A DNA stretch of 64,000 bases from a virus. Shown here piece by piece: positions 56,074 through 63,870 of this stretch. The notes under the pieces are model-generated. The model was not told where the DNA came from. It searched no databases and saw only the letters and a program-made list of their open reading frames with translations. The stretch is taken from IMG/VR virus record IMGVR_UViG_3300016667_000143; one strand, written 5' to 3'. Numbering within the stretch: the first letter of the stretch is position 1; every line of letters starts with the position of its first letter. The position numbers and the translations under genes are program-made.

Positions 56074-56298
56074 ATGAGAGAACAACTCAATTTAAAAGCC
56101 AACGAAGTTTTTGAGGAAACTGGCGAGATCATTAACCAGATCCTTGATGATTTCCCGAAGGATTTTGCGTATCTTCTGGTGTTGTCTTTGTTGGCATTAA
56201 AGGTCTATGAATGTGGCGCAGACATTGAGGAAGTGCTGAAGGATGTGCGCCGGTCAGTTGAAACGTGGTCCAAGGTTATCCGTAACAAGGCGAATTAA
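56074..56298 (+). CDS. hypothetical protein
   Basis: AAGGA RBS, helical 74 aa. Confidence 0.6.
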   Translation: MREQLNLKANEVFEETGEIINQILDDFPKDFAYLLVLSLLALKVYECGADIEEVLKDVRRSVETWSKVIRNKAN

Positions 56299-56410
56299 AT
56301 GAAAGATCCGGCAGATCATTTCACTATGGGGATGTGGCCTGATGAGGTGGAGGCGCACCCAGTGCGCCGTGAGGTCACTGAGACACCTGTGGAACCCGTG
56401 GAGGAAAAAG

Positions 56411-56647
56411 ATGAGGGACTATAAACAGGAATACAAAACGCAGGTAGCGCGAGGCGAGCATGAGAACCGCATGGAACGCCAGCGGGCACGCCGCAAGCTC
56501 GACAAGAAAGGTGTAAACCGGGCAGGGAAAGATGTTGCCCACGTTGTCGCGTTAAGCAAGGGCGGAAGCAACAAGGACGGGATTCGATTAGAGTCCCCGT
56601 CGAAGAACAGGAGTTTTAAACGGAACAAAGATGGCAGCATGAAATGA
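56411..56647 (+). CDS. small HNH-like endonuclease (start revised to ATG 56411)
   Basis: MRDYKQEY...GKDVAHVVALSKGGSNKDG.RL.S.SKNRS. Confidence 0.7.
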   Translation: MRDYKQEYKTQVARGEHENRMERQRARRKLDKKGVNRAGKDVAHVVALSKGGSNKDGIRLESPSKNRSFKRNKDGSMK

Positions 56648-58326
56648 TTCCAGAATTTACGGGCGACACAGCCCGAGTCCGGTGTCCGTACTGTTCACCG
56701 GAGAGAAAGAAAAAGAACTTGAAGGAAATGACGCTGACAAGAAAGCCGGATGGTGCGGTGATGTATTACTGCCACCACTGTGATGCTAACGGGTCAGTGC
56801 AACCACGGAGAACGCCGATGCCAAGCGCAGTGCCGGTCCCCCCGGCAGAGATCCTAGATTCCAAGTTAAAGGCCCACCACTATTCATACCTCGCAAGCCG
56901 AGGAATTTCTCAGGCCACTGCCGACAAGATGCAGTTGTTTGCGGCCAAGAAGTTTTTTAAACGGCTTGAGAGGGAATCGGATTGCATAGGCTTTCCGTAT
57001 TTCCGGGAAGGTACTTTGGTGTCAGCCAAGTATCGAGCCATCCCGGACAAAGATTTCACCCAAGAGACGGGTGGGGCACATGATTTCTTTGGGATCAATC
57101 ACATCGTCCCGGGTAAACCGATCATCATCGTGGAAGGTGAGATCGACTGTTTAACCTGCATGGAGATCGGGATCGAGAATGTAATCTCGGTTCCCAATGG
57201 CGCCCCCCAGAAGGTTTCAGATGGCAGAGTTGCTGCGGAGGAAGACAAGAAGTTTTCCTATGTGTGGAACGCAGACAAAGTTTTAGAGCAGGCACCCTAC
57301 ATCGTGTTAGCCACGGATCAGGATGGTCCGGGGCAGGCATTGACCGAAGAGTTAGCTCGCAGGATTGGGAAAGAGAAGTGCAGAGTTGCTAAATTCGATA
57401 AAAAGGATTTAAACGATGTTCTTACAGACCCGACACGTTTGGATGCAGCCGAGGACATACGGGAGATACTTGAGAAGGCCGTTGCTTACCCGATCTCAGG
57501 ACTCTCGGATGCTTCAACCTTTTTGGACAGGATCAATGACCTTTACGCCAAAGGTTCCGGTCGCGGATTTTCGACCGGGTATCCATCGTTAGATCAGATT
57601 TACACCATAGCGCCGGGGCAGCTCACGGTTGTGACGGGGTATCCGAGTTCCGGTAAATCCAATATGGTGGATCAGATCATGGTGAATCTGGCGAAGGCAG
57701 AAGACTGGAAGTTTGTGTTGTGTTCGTTTGAGAATCAGCCGGAGGTTCACATCATCCGGTTGATGGAAATCTTCGCCGGGAAGCGGTTCCATCACGGGAC
57801 TAATCAGATGACGATCCCGGAGAAGGAAGACGCTTTCAGGTTCGTCAACGATCATTTTCTTTTCATAGATGTAAACGGGGAAGAACCCAGCACGCTTGAC
57901 TCAATCTTGTCTAGGGCAAAAGGTGCGATTAAACGGATGGGTGTCCGGGGGATGGTGATTGACCCTTACAACTATGTTGAGTTGGAGAGGGCCAACAAGA
58001 CCGAGACTGAATCCATCAGCAACATGCTCACGCAGGTTCGGAAGTTCTGCATGGCCAATGAGATCCATTGTTGGTTTGTGGCGCATCCGAGCAAGATGGC
58101 CAGATCCGGAAACGATCAGCCGAGGCCGGACGGTATGAGTATCTCAGGCAGTATGGCGTGGTGGGCAAAGACAGACTGCGGTTTAACCGTTCACAGGGCA
58201 GAAGGAAAGACCGTGGAAGTGGTGGTATGGAAGTGTAGATATAGATGGGTAGGAAGACAGGGGGAAACCTCGCTAGTCTATGACCCGACAGCAGGAACGT
58301 ACACGGAGAACCTCGACAAATTTTAA
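56644..58326 (+). CDS. T7 gp4/Twinkle-like primase-helicase
   Basis: Zn ribbon CPYC...CHHC, TOPRIM IIIVEGEIDC and LATDQD, DnaB-type Walker A VTGYPSSGKS, VIDPYN, VAHP. Confidence 0.92.
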   Translation: MIPEFTGDTARVRCPYCSPERKKKNLKEMTLTRKPDGAVMYYCHHCDANGSVQPRRTPMPSAVPVPPAEILDSKLKAHHYSYLASRGISQATADKMQLFAAKKFFKRLERESDCIGFPYFREGTLVSAKYRAIPDKDFTQETGGAHDFFGINHIVPGKPIIIVEGEIDCLTCMEIGIENVISVPNGAPQKVSDGRVAAEEDKKFSYVWNADKVLEQAPYIVLATDQDGPGQALTEELARRIGKEKCRVAKFDKKDLNDVLTDPTRLDAAEDIREILEKAVAYPISGLSDASTFLDRINDLYAKGSGRGFSTGYPSLDQIYTIAPGQLTVVTGYPSSGKSNMVDQIMVNLAKAEDWKFVLCSFENQPEVHIIRLMEIFAGKRFHHGTNQMTIPEKEDAFRFVNDHFLFIDVNGEEPSTLDSILSRAKGAIKRMGVRGMVIDPYNYVELERANKTETESISNMLTQVRKFCMANEIHCWFVAHPSKMARSGNDQPRPDGMSISGSMAWWAKTDCGLTVHRAEGKTVEVVVWKCRYRWVGRQGETSLVYDPTAGTYTENLDKF

Positions 58327-58350
58327 CGACCCTACACCGAAGATACCAGT

Positions 58351-58381
58351 AGCCTGCCCCCTCCGGCGGGCTTTGCTTTTC
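58351..58381 (+). terminator. intrinsic terminator of the replication operon
   Basis: AGCCTGCC-CCCTCC-GGCGGGCT then TTGCTTTT. Confidence 0.65.
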
Positions 58382-58496
58382 TGGGGCGCCAAAAAATGTC
58401 GCGTTAAGGGGTTAAACGCCGATTGGTTTAAATGCGGATGTCGCCCGCCCCGGGTTAGATGTCAGCGGGCAATTTAAACGCGGACGGTGCGGACGT

Positions 58497-58545
58497 AAAA
58501 AAACCCGGCTGATCCGGGCAATAAAAAACCCCGCCGAAGCGGGGT
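58497..58545 (-). terminator. two tandem intrinsic terminators of the early operon
   Basis: Minus strand ACCCCGC-TTCG-GCGGGGT-TTTTT and CCCGG-ATCAG-CCGGG-TTTTTTT. Confidence 0.8.
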
Positions 58546-58562
58546 CGAGGGGTGAGGGAGGA

Positions 58563-58778
58563 TTACTCTGCGGTTTCGTAATATTCGTCGAGAGCCGGTT
58601 GCATGCCGACTCCCTCCGGGCCTTGCCAAACCCAAACAACCTCGGCGTCCGGATATGCGTTAAGGGTTTGCTCCTCGGCGTGATCGGCATCATCTGCCCA
58701 ACATTGAAACCCGAAAGGGGCGTCAAGCGGGGTCATAATAGCCTCGATTCGGTACAGTGTGACGTAGTTTTGCATCAT
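58563..58778 (-). CDS. hypothetical protein
   Basis: FQCWADDADHAEEQTLNAYPDAEVVWV; last gene before the terminators. Confidence 0.65.
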   Translation of the reverse strand: MMQNYVTLYRIEAIMTPLDAPFGFQCWADDADHAEEQTLNAYPDAEVVWVWQGPEGVGMQPALDEYYETAE

Positions 58779-58999
58779 TGCCTCGCAGCCGCGATTGCGG
58801 CGTTAACAGTGGAAAAGCGTCCGAGCGGGATAGCCCGGCGCGGTCGGCGCAGCATGCGCCACGCAAGGAAACCATCTGCCCATGAGATGAACCGGCCTCC
58901 GCCCGGTATCTCGTCGATCACATTCACCAAAACCACAGGCGCGGGATAGACCGCCTTCAGATAGACCGGGTGCCGGTCAGTCACGGCGTAGATCACCAT
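58775..58999 (-). CDS. hypothetical protein (start revised to ATG 58999)
   Basis: MVIYAVTDRHPV...RFSTVNAAIAAARQ; removes the overlap with 59073-59444. Confidence 0.5.
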   Translation of the reverse strand: MVIYAVTDRHPVYLKAVYPAPVVLVNVIDEIPGGGRFISWADGFLAWRMLRRPRRAIPLGRFSTVNAAIAAARQ

Positions 59000-59073
59000 G
59001 CCATCACCAGATACATGAGGGCATAGATCAGTGCCGCCATCACGGCGGCGCGGACATAATCGAACGGACTCAT
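58993..59073 (-). CDS. 26-aa single-pass membrane peptide (not in ORF track)
   Basis: MSPFDYVRAAVMAALIYALMYLVMAW*; coupled to both neighbours. Confidence 0.5.
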   Translation of the reverse strand: MSPFDYVRAAVMAALIYALMYLVMAW

Positions 59074-59444
59074 CACGCCCCCCGATAATGAATGTTCCGG
59101 ACCGCTTGAATGTCATAGGCTCCGCCGCCCACGGCGAAGCCCTGCGCCTCAGCGTAAGCCCGGGCGTCATGCTCCGATTTAAATAAACCGTAGACCTCGG
59201 CAGGGTCGCGTTCAAAATACACGGTCACAATCCAAACCCCCATATCGTCAAGGGACCGAATCGGCAATTGATTCTCGACCGCCCGGAGCATATCCGGGGC
59301 GGCGGCGTCCCAATCAATCTGATATTCGCCCTGCACCTTCAGCGTCAATTGATAGGCAATGTCAGCGGCGGCGCGGTGGTCCTGCGCCACGGTTCGGGAA
59401 GTTGAAAGCTCATCGAGACACCGAGCAAGTTTCGCAATGTGCAT
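59073..59444 (-). CDS. hypothetical protein
   Basis: CAGGAG RBS. Confidence 0.65.
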   Translation of the reverse strand: MHIAKLARCLDELSTSRTVAQDHRAAADIAYQLTLKVQGEYQIDWDAAAPDMLRAVENQLPIRSLDDMGVWIVTVYFERDPAEVYGLFKSEHDARAYAEAQGFAVGGGAYDIQAVRNIHYRGA

Positions 59445-59458
59445 TTAAATCACTCCTG

Positions 59459-59479
59459 AAAAAAGGGGGCAAAGCCCCC
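59459..59479 (-). terminator. intrinsic terminator after the vWA gene
   Basis: Minus strand GGGGGC-TTT-GCCCCC-TTTTTT. Confidence 0.7.
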
Positions 59480-59484
59480 GGGGG

Positions 59485-61203
59485 TTAGGCGGCAATCTTG
59501 ATCTGGCGAAGCGATGCAGTGGCGAGTGCGTCGAGGTCTTGCACCCGGATGTTGCGGGGATAGACCGCCGAGACATCAAGCTGCATGCCGAGGCCAATCG
59601 TCACAATCCCGAGGTTTTCTCCGGCCTGCACCTGATTGCGGCTGAGGGATACGCTCCCGTTTCCGTCAGTGATGGAAAAGCAAACCTTCCGGGCCTCGGG
59701 CCGGGCGAGCAGCATATCGTGCGCGACTCGAAGGGCGGCGTGGTCGTTCGTATTGTCGTCGCTCCGCAGGCGGGACAGAATCTCCCGTGCCTTAACAGTC
59801 GGAGTGCCCCACGGGATCGTCACCGAGGCGGTATCGCCGAACGTCACCACGGCGACCGCGACACCTGCCCGAGTGAGCACCCGGTGAAGTAAGTCGCAAG
59901 TCGAGAGCGCCGCCCGGATCCGGTTCGGGCGCATAAACATTGACCCCGAAATATCTAGGACGATGACAACAGCGGAATCAATCCCCTCAACGTCACGGCG
60001 TTGTTTAAACAGTCGGTCGGTGGTGCCGACCCGTGCCAGTGCGTTGACGTTGACGGACCCGGCGCGGCGGTTGAGGGTGAACAGGGTCGAGCCGGAATCT
60101 TCAAACAGTCGGCGGACCTCATGCTCCAGTCGCGGGGACGACACCGGGTCAACCGAGATTGCGGACGCCTTGCCGAGGTGAGCACCGGGGCGGCGAGTCT
60201 CAGTCCGGGCGGACCAAGACCCGCCACCGGATGCACCCTCGGGAGTGTCGATGCGCGGCTCGACCTCCCGTGCCTGTTCGTCCCCGCTCATGGGGCGAGC
60301 GGGTCCGGGCTGCGCCTCGCCCTCACCTTGTCCGTTGCCCGGGGCGTTACCCTGCCCCTCGCCCTCGCCTTGCCCGTCACCGGGTTGCTGCCCCTCACCG
60401 TCCCCGGGTTGCGCCTCGCCCTGTCCGTCACCTTCGCCTTGCCCGTCCCCGGGTTGGCCATCGTCGCCCGGCTCGCCCTGCCCGGGTTCCTGCCCCTGCC
60501 CGTCTCCGGGTTGATTGCCCGGCTCTTGCCCGGGTTCCTGCCCCGGATCCTGTGCGGAGTCTTGCTGCGGGAGCGCCTGCAATTGCGATAGCACCCACCT
60601 TGCAACTTCGAGGGTGTCGGTCGAAGATTGGCACCCGTCGATGCGGCGCGAGGCCTCCTCGAAGATAGGGGCAAGCCCGGCGGCGAGCGGGACAGTCACC
60701 CCGGGATATGCTCTCGCAGTCACGGCGAGGGCGAACGGATACAGTGCCGGGTCCGTCCAGTCCTGCACCTCAGCCCGGGCGCGGTCGGTCATCTCGCGCA
60801 GCAGCCCGGTGAGCAGCGACTCGATGTTGCCGAGCAGCCCGGAGCGGATCGCGGTCCGCTCGATCCATGCGTCCTCGATTGCGTTGTGCAGCGTCCGCAA
60901 AATCGAGGGTTCGTCACGGCGAGCGTTGGCGCTGAAGTCGGTATACCGGCGGTGCAAGAGTTCGTGGACAACGAAGCCCAGATAACGCAGGACGTCCGCC
61001 CGTTTAATCAGTGCGTCATCTCGGACGGATGACAGATACAGGTCGCCCCCGTCATTGATAGCGGCGGTGCTGATCTCGACCCACGAGATAGACACGGGGC
61101 GCAGTGTCAGCCCCGAACAAACATGGTGCGCGAAGGCCTCAACACCTTTCCTGAGTTCGTGTCCCCGGATGGCGGGGCGGTTGAGCAGGATATTTGCGTT
61201 CAT
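59485..61203 (-). CDS. CobT-like protein: N-terminal HExxH metallopeptidase, P/G/Q/E-rich linker, C-terminal vWA domain
   Basis: VVHELLHRRYTDF...HNAIEDAWIE; MIDAS IVLDISGSM; FSITDG. Confidence 0.85.
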   Translation of the reverse strand: MNANILLNRPAIRGHELRKGVEAFAHHVCSGLTLRPVSISWVEISTAAINDGGDLYLSSVRDDALIKRADVLRYLGFVVHELLHRRYTDFSANARRDEPSILRTLHNAIEDAWIERTAIRSGLLGNIESLLTGLLREMTDRARAEVQDWTDPALYPFALAVTARAYPGVTVPLAAGLAPIFEEASRRIDGCQSSTDTLEVARWVLSQLQALPQQDSAQDPGQEPGQEPGNQPGDGQGQEPGQGEPGDDGQPGDGQGEGDGQGEAQPGDGEGQQPGDGQGEGEGQGNAPGNGQGEGEAQPGPARPMSGDEQAREVEPRIDTPEGASGGGSWSARTETRRPGAHLGKASAISVDPVSSPRLEHEVRRLFEDSGSTLFTLNRRAGSVNVNALARVGTTDRLFKQRRDVEGIDSAVVIVLDISGSMFMRPNRIRAALSTCDLLHRVLTRAGVAVAVVTFGDTASVTIPWGTPTVKAREILSRLRSDDNTNDHAALRVAHDMLLARPEARKVCFSITDGNGSVSLSRNQVQAGENLGIVTIGLGMQLDVSAVYPRNIRVQDLDALATASLRQIKIAA

Positions 61204-61213
61204 GGTTTAAACC

Positions 61214-62635
61214 TCACAGATGACGGTCAATAAAAGCGGGGTCAATGCAGGCCTCGAAAATTCCTTGCAAAGCGAGCGCCGATTCCTGCGGCTGTCGCGC
61301 TGCGATTGCCGAATTCCACGCCTCGCGTACTGGCATCATGCTCAGGGCGCGGACAAAAGCCACAACGGAGCGGATACTCGGGGCGTCGATAATGTCGCCC
61401 GTCGAAACCTTCGATCTGGCCATTTGCACCGCGCGGAGAATATGTTCGGCGAGAGCCGGGGCGCAGCCAGTGTGCCGGGTCACGGCCTCGACCTCGACCG
61501 CGAGGGGCAGAAAATCGAAGGGGACGATACGCGCGAAGCGATCCGCCAGTGCGCTATTCATCTGGCGCGTCCCGCTATACCTGCCGGAGCTATCGCCATT
61601 CGTCAGGGTGTTGTCGGCGGCGAAGATCAGCACCCCGGGGGCGCGCCGCCATACTGAACCGCCGATTGTGACTGCGGCGTTCGGTTCGAGCAGCCCATTG
61701 AGGATCGCAAGCTCGCCCGGGTCTGCGTTGGTGATTTCGTCGAGCAAGATCACCGTGCCGGGGGAGGTAAAGGCCCGGAGAAAAGGCCCGGGGACGAACT
61801 CGGTCGCTCCATTATTTAAACCGACCGCGCCGATAATTTCCTCGGCCGTGCTGTATTTGTGGAAGTTGATCCGGACATAAGAGCGCCCGGTACGGGCGGC
61901 GAACTGTCGGACAGTCTCGCTCTTGCCCGTGCCCTTTTCCCCGCCGAGCCAGAGATTTTCCCCGGTCGATTGACTCAGCAGCAGGTGCCGGAGAATCTCG
62001 GCCTGCCAGATAAACATCGGGTCCACCGACTCAGCGACAGGCGATGCGTAGCAGTGGACCGGCACGGTCCGTCCCTTGACGTCCCGAATGTCCACCCCGA
62101 AAACCGAGAGCGCGTCAGACTCGCCCGGCAGCGCCTCGGCGATTGCCAATACCTCGGCCTCCCGCCCCTCAGCGCGGACCTGAGTCTCGAAGGGTTTAAA
62201 TGCCTCCCGCACGGCGGCTGCGACCTGACCCGCCACGGCGGCGGGGTCGATTGCGGGGCGCTCTGCGGCGCGGCGCATGCTCAGGTCGAGCGACTGGACC
62301 GATGCGGCGATGCCGGACACTTGCCCGGCGAGGCCTTGCACCTCGCCCGTGAGCCGGTCGTCGAGATGAGTGATGCTTGCGGCCAGAGCATCGCGCACTG
62401 TGCCGAGTTTGCGGTGGGCGTCGATTTGCTCGTCGGTGATGGCGTTGATAGTGCTGCGGATCTGCGCCAGTTCGGCGGTGTCAGTCGAGGCGGCGGGAGC
62501 GGGTCCGAGCGGAGCGGCGGACAACTTGCCCGACAGGGACGCCACTGCGGCGGCTTTGCCGGGGAAGGGCTGCCCGGGGTATTGGGCCTGCCAAGTTGCT
62601 TGCACCGTGGCGAGGGGGGTATTCATGCTGACCAT
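61214..62635 (-). CDS. MoxR/CobS/CbbQ-like AAA+ ATPase with N-terminal coiled coil
   Basis: LWLGGEKGTGKS, VILLDEI, IFAADNT, MNSALADRF, SIRS. Confidence 0.9.
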   Translation of the reverse strand: MVSMNTPLATVQATWQAQYPGQPFPGKAAAVASLSGKLSAAPLGPAPAASTDTAELAQIRSTINAITDEQIDAHRKLGTVRDALAASITHLDDRLTGEVQGLAGQVSGIAASVQSLDLSMRRAAERPAIDPAAVAGQVAAAVREAFKPFETQVRAEGREAEVLAIAEALPGESDALSVFGVDIRDVKGRTVPVHCYASPVAESVDPMFIWQAEILRHLLLSQSTGENLWLGGEKGTGKSETVRQFAARTGRSYVRINFHKYSTAEEIIGAVGLNNGATEFVPGPFLRAFTSPGTVILLDEITNADPGELAILNGLLEPNAAVTIGGSVWRRAPGVLIFAADNTLTNGDSSGRYSGTRQMNSALADRFARIVPFDFLPLAVEVEAVTRHTGCAPALAEHILRAVQMARSKVSTGDIIDAPSIRSVVAFVRALSMMPVREAWNSAIAARQPQESALALQGIFEACIDPAFIDRHL

Positions 62636-62637
62636 GA

Positions 62638-63207
62638 TTAGGCCTCCTGAGTCGTTTCGAGGTTGAAGGTGTCACCGCACGGGCACTGCGGCATGCCTTT
62701 GTCGGCCCATTTTTGCGTCAGGCGGATCGTGTATCCGCAGGTCGGGCACAGCCCCTTGAGCAGTCGCGTTGCGGCTTTCGGGCGGTCCGCCAAGCTCAGG
62801 GCGGCATGCGGATAAGCGCCGAGCGCTGCGGCGATGCCCTGCAATTTGCTGCCAAGATTGATACCGCACCCGGGGACGTCCCGAGGTTTGTCGGGGCGCA
62901 AGTCCAGAGCAGCGTAGACCGCGCTCTTATGGGAGGCGTTGCCCGTGATCGCTTCGACTAGTTGCCGGAGCAGCACGGCGAGTACCGCCCCCGGATCGCT
63001 CAGTGTTGGGCTGATGAGAATCTCGACCGTCGAATCGGCCGAGTCGCCCGGGCGGAAGGTTTCGCCGAGCGCCCCGGAGCGGCGGTACGTGGAGGGAAAC
63101 CCGCAGGCGATGCGGATTGATGCCGGGAGCATGCCCCCGGCGGTGGTGATAAGGGGAGTCAGTTCCCCGGCTGCGTCAGTAAGCCAAGCCTCTCGTGTCG
63201 CGTACAT
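62638..63207 (-). CDS. SprT-like protein with C-terminal Zn ribbon and a degenerate catalytic motif
   Basis: EILISPTLSDP..VLAVLLRQLVEA; TRLLKGLCPTCGYTIRLTQKWADKGMPQCPCG; GGAGG RBS before ATG 63207. Confidence 0.6.
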   Translation of the reverse strand: MYATREAWLTDAAGELTPLITTAGGMLPASIRIACGFPSTYRRSGALGETFRPGDSADSTVEILISPTLSDPGAVLAVLLRQLVEAITGNASHKSAVYAALDLRPDKPRDVPGCGINLGSKLQGIAAALGAYPHAALSLADRPKAATRLLKGLCPTCGYTIRLTQKWADKGMPQCPCGDTFNLETTQEA

Positions 63208-63228
63208 CGTCAAACCTCCCGGTTTTGT

Positions 63229-63408
63229 TTATCGCCACTGCCCATAAGCGTTGACTTGGTGCGTCGTTGGCAATCGGTCGAGCGCCTTATTAAGCACTGC
63301 ATACGCGACTGCGTGACTGTTTTTGCCGTTCGGCATCGTGTATGCAGGCTGCGCGAGAATGCCTTCGGCCCACGTTATTTCAGCGTTGCTAAATTCTTTG
63401 TTGGTCAT
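63229..63408 (-). CDS. first gene of the early operon, hypothetical (start revised to ATG 63408)
   Basis: MTNKEFSNAEITWAEGILAQ...; GGGGA RBS. Confidence 0.55.
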   Translation of the reverse strand: MTNKEFSNAEITWAEGILAQPAYTMPNGKNSHAVAYAVLNKALDRLPTTHQVNAYGQWR

Positions 63409-63467
63409 AGTGTTTCCCCGGGCTGCGCCCTGTATAGGTTGCGTGTCCCCCCTTTGGGGGAACCCCG

Positions 63468-63496
63468 ATTTAATCACAACTGCTAGTGCTGTGCAA
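63468..63496 (-). promoter_or_regulatory. sigma70-type early promoter
   Basis: Minus strand TTGCAC, 17-bp spacer, TG-n-TTAAAT. Confidence 0.55.
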
Positions 63497-63605
63497 GTCG
63501 ATAGTGCAAGTGCATCTCATTAGGGGTTGATCTGGGGAGGTTTCCCGCGACTAGCACGGTTTCCGGATTCGGCAAAACCGGCCATTTCACTTTCCGGAAA
63601 ACCCC

Positions 63606-63806
63606 TGTGGATAACCTGTGGAAAGCGAAATTTTTAGGGTGCCAATGGGGTGGTGGCTTAAACCGAAAAAATCGCTCTGAGGCCCGTTTAAGCGGTTCTA
63701 GCGGCATGTATGGATATACAGTGGTTGGATATACAGCTAGGGAAAACCCCTATTGCCTTTTACTTATCCCCAACTTATCCACAGGCTGTGGATAACCTGT
63801 GGACAA
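63606..63806. promoter_or_regulatory. cluster of DnaA boxes (three perfect, three imperfect)
   Basis: TGTGGATAA 63606-14 and 63787-95, TTATCCACA 63775-83; near matches 63617-25, 63764-72, 63798-806. Confidence 0.7.
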
Positions 63807-63870
63807 CCCGCTCGGGGAGGTGTATTCTGCGAACAGTCTAATAACCTGCCCTGATTGATAGGGGAATGCT

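Noticed and set aside
56299-56424. 41-aa ORF MKDPADHF...
   Set aside because: Too short and featureless to support; overlaps the HNH start
60300-60560. Collagen-like repeat in the vWA protein
   Set aside because: Glycines are not in strict Gly-X-Y register; better explained as a disordered linker
59539-62961. Many plus-strand ORFs over the early operon
   Set aside because: High GC suppresses stop codons; the real genes (AAA+, vWA) are on the minus strand
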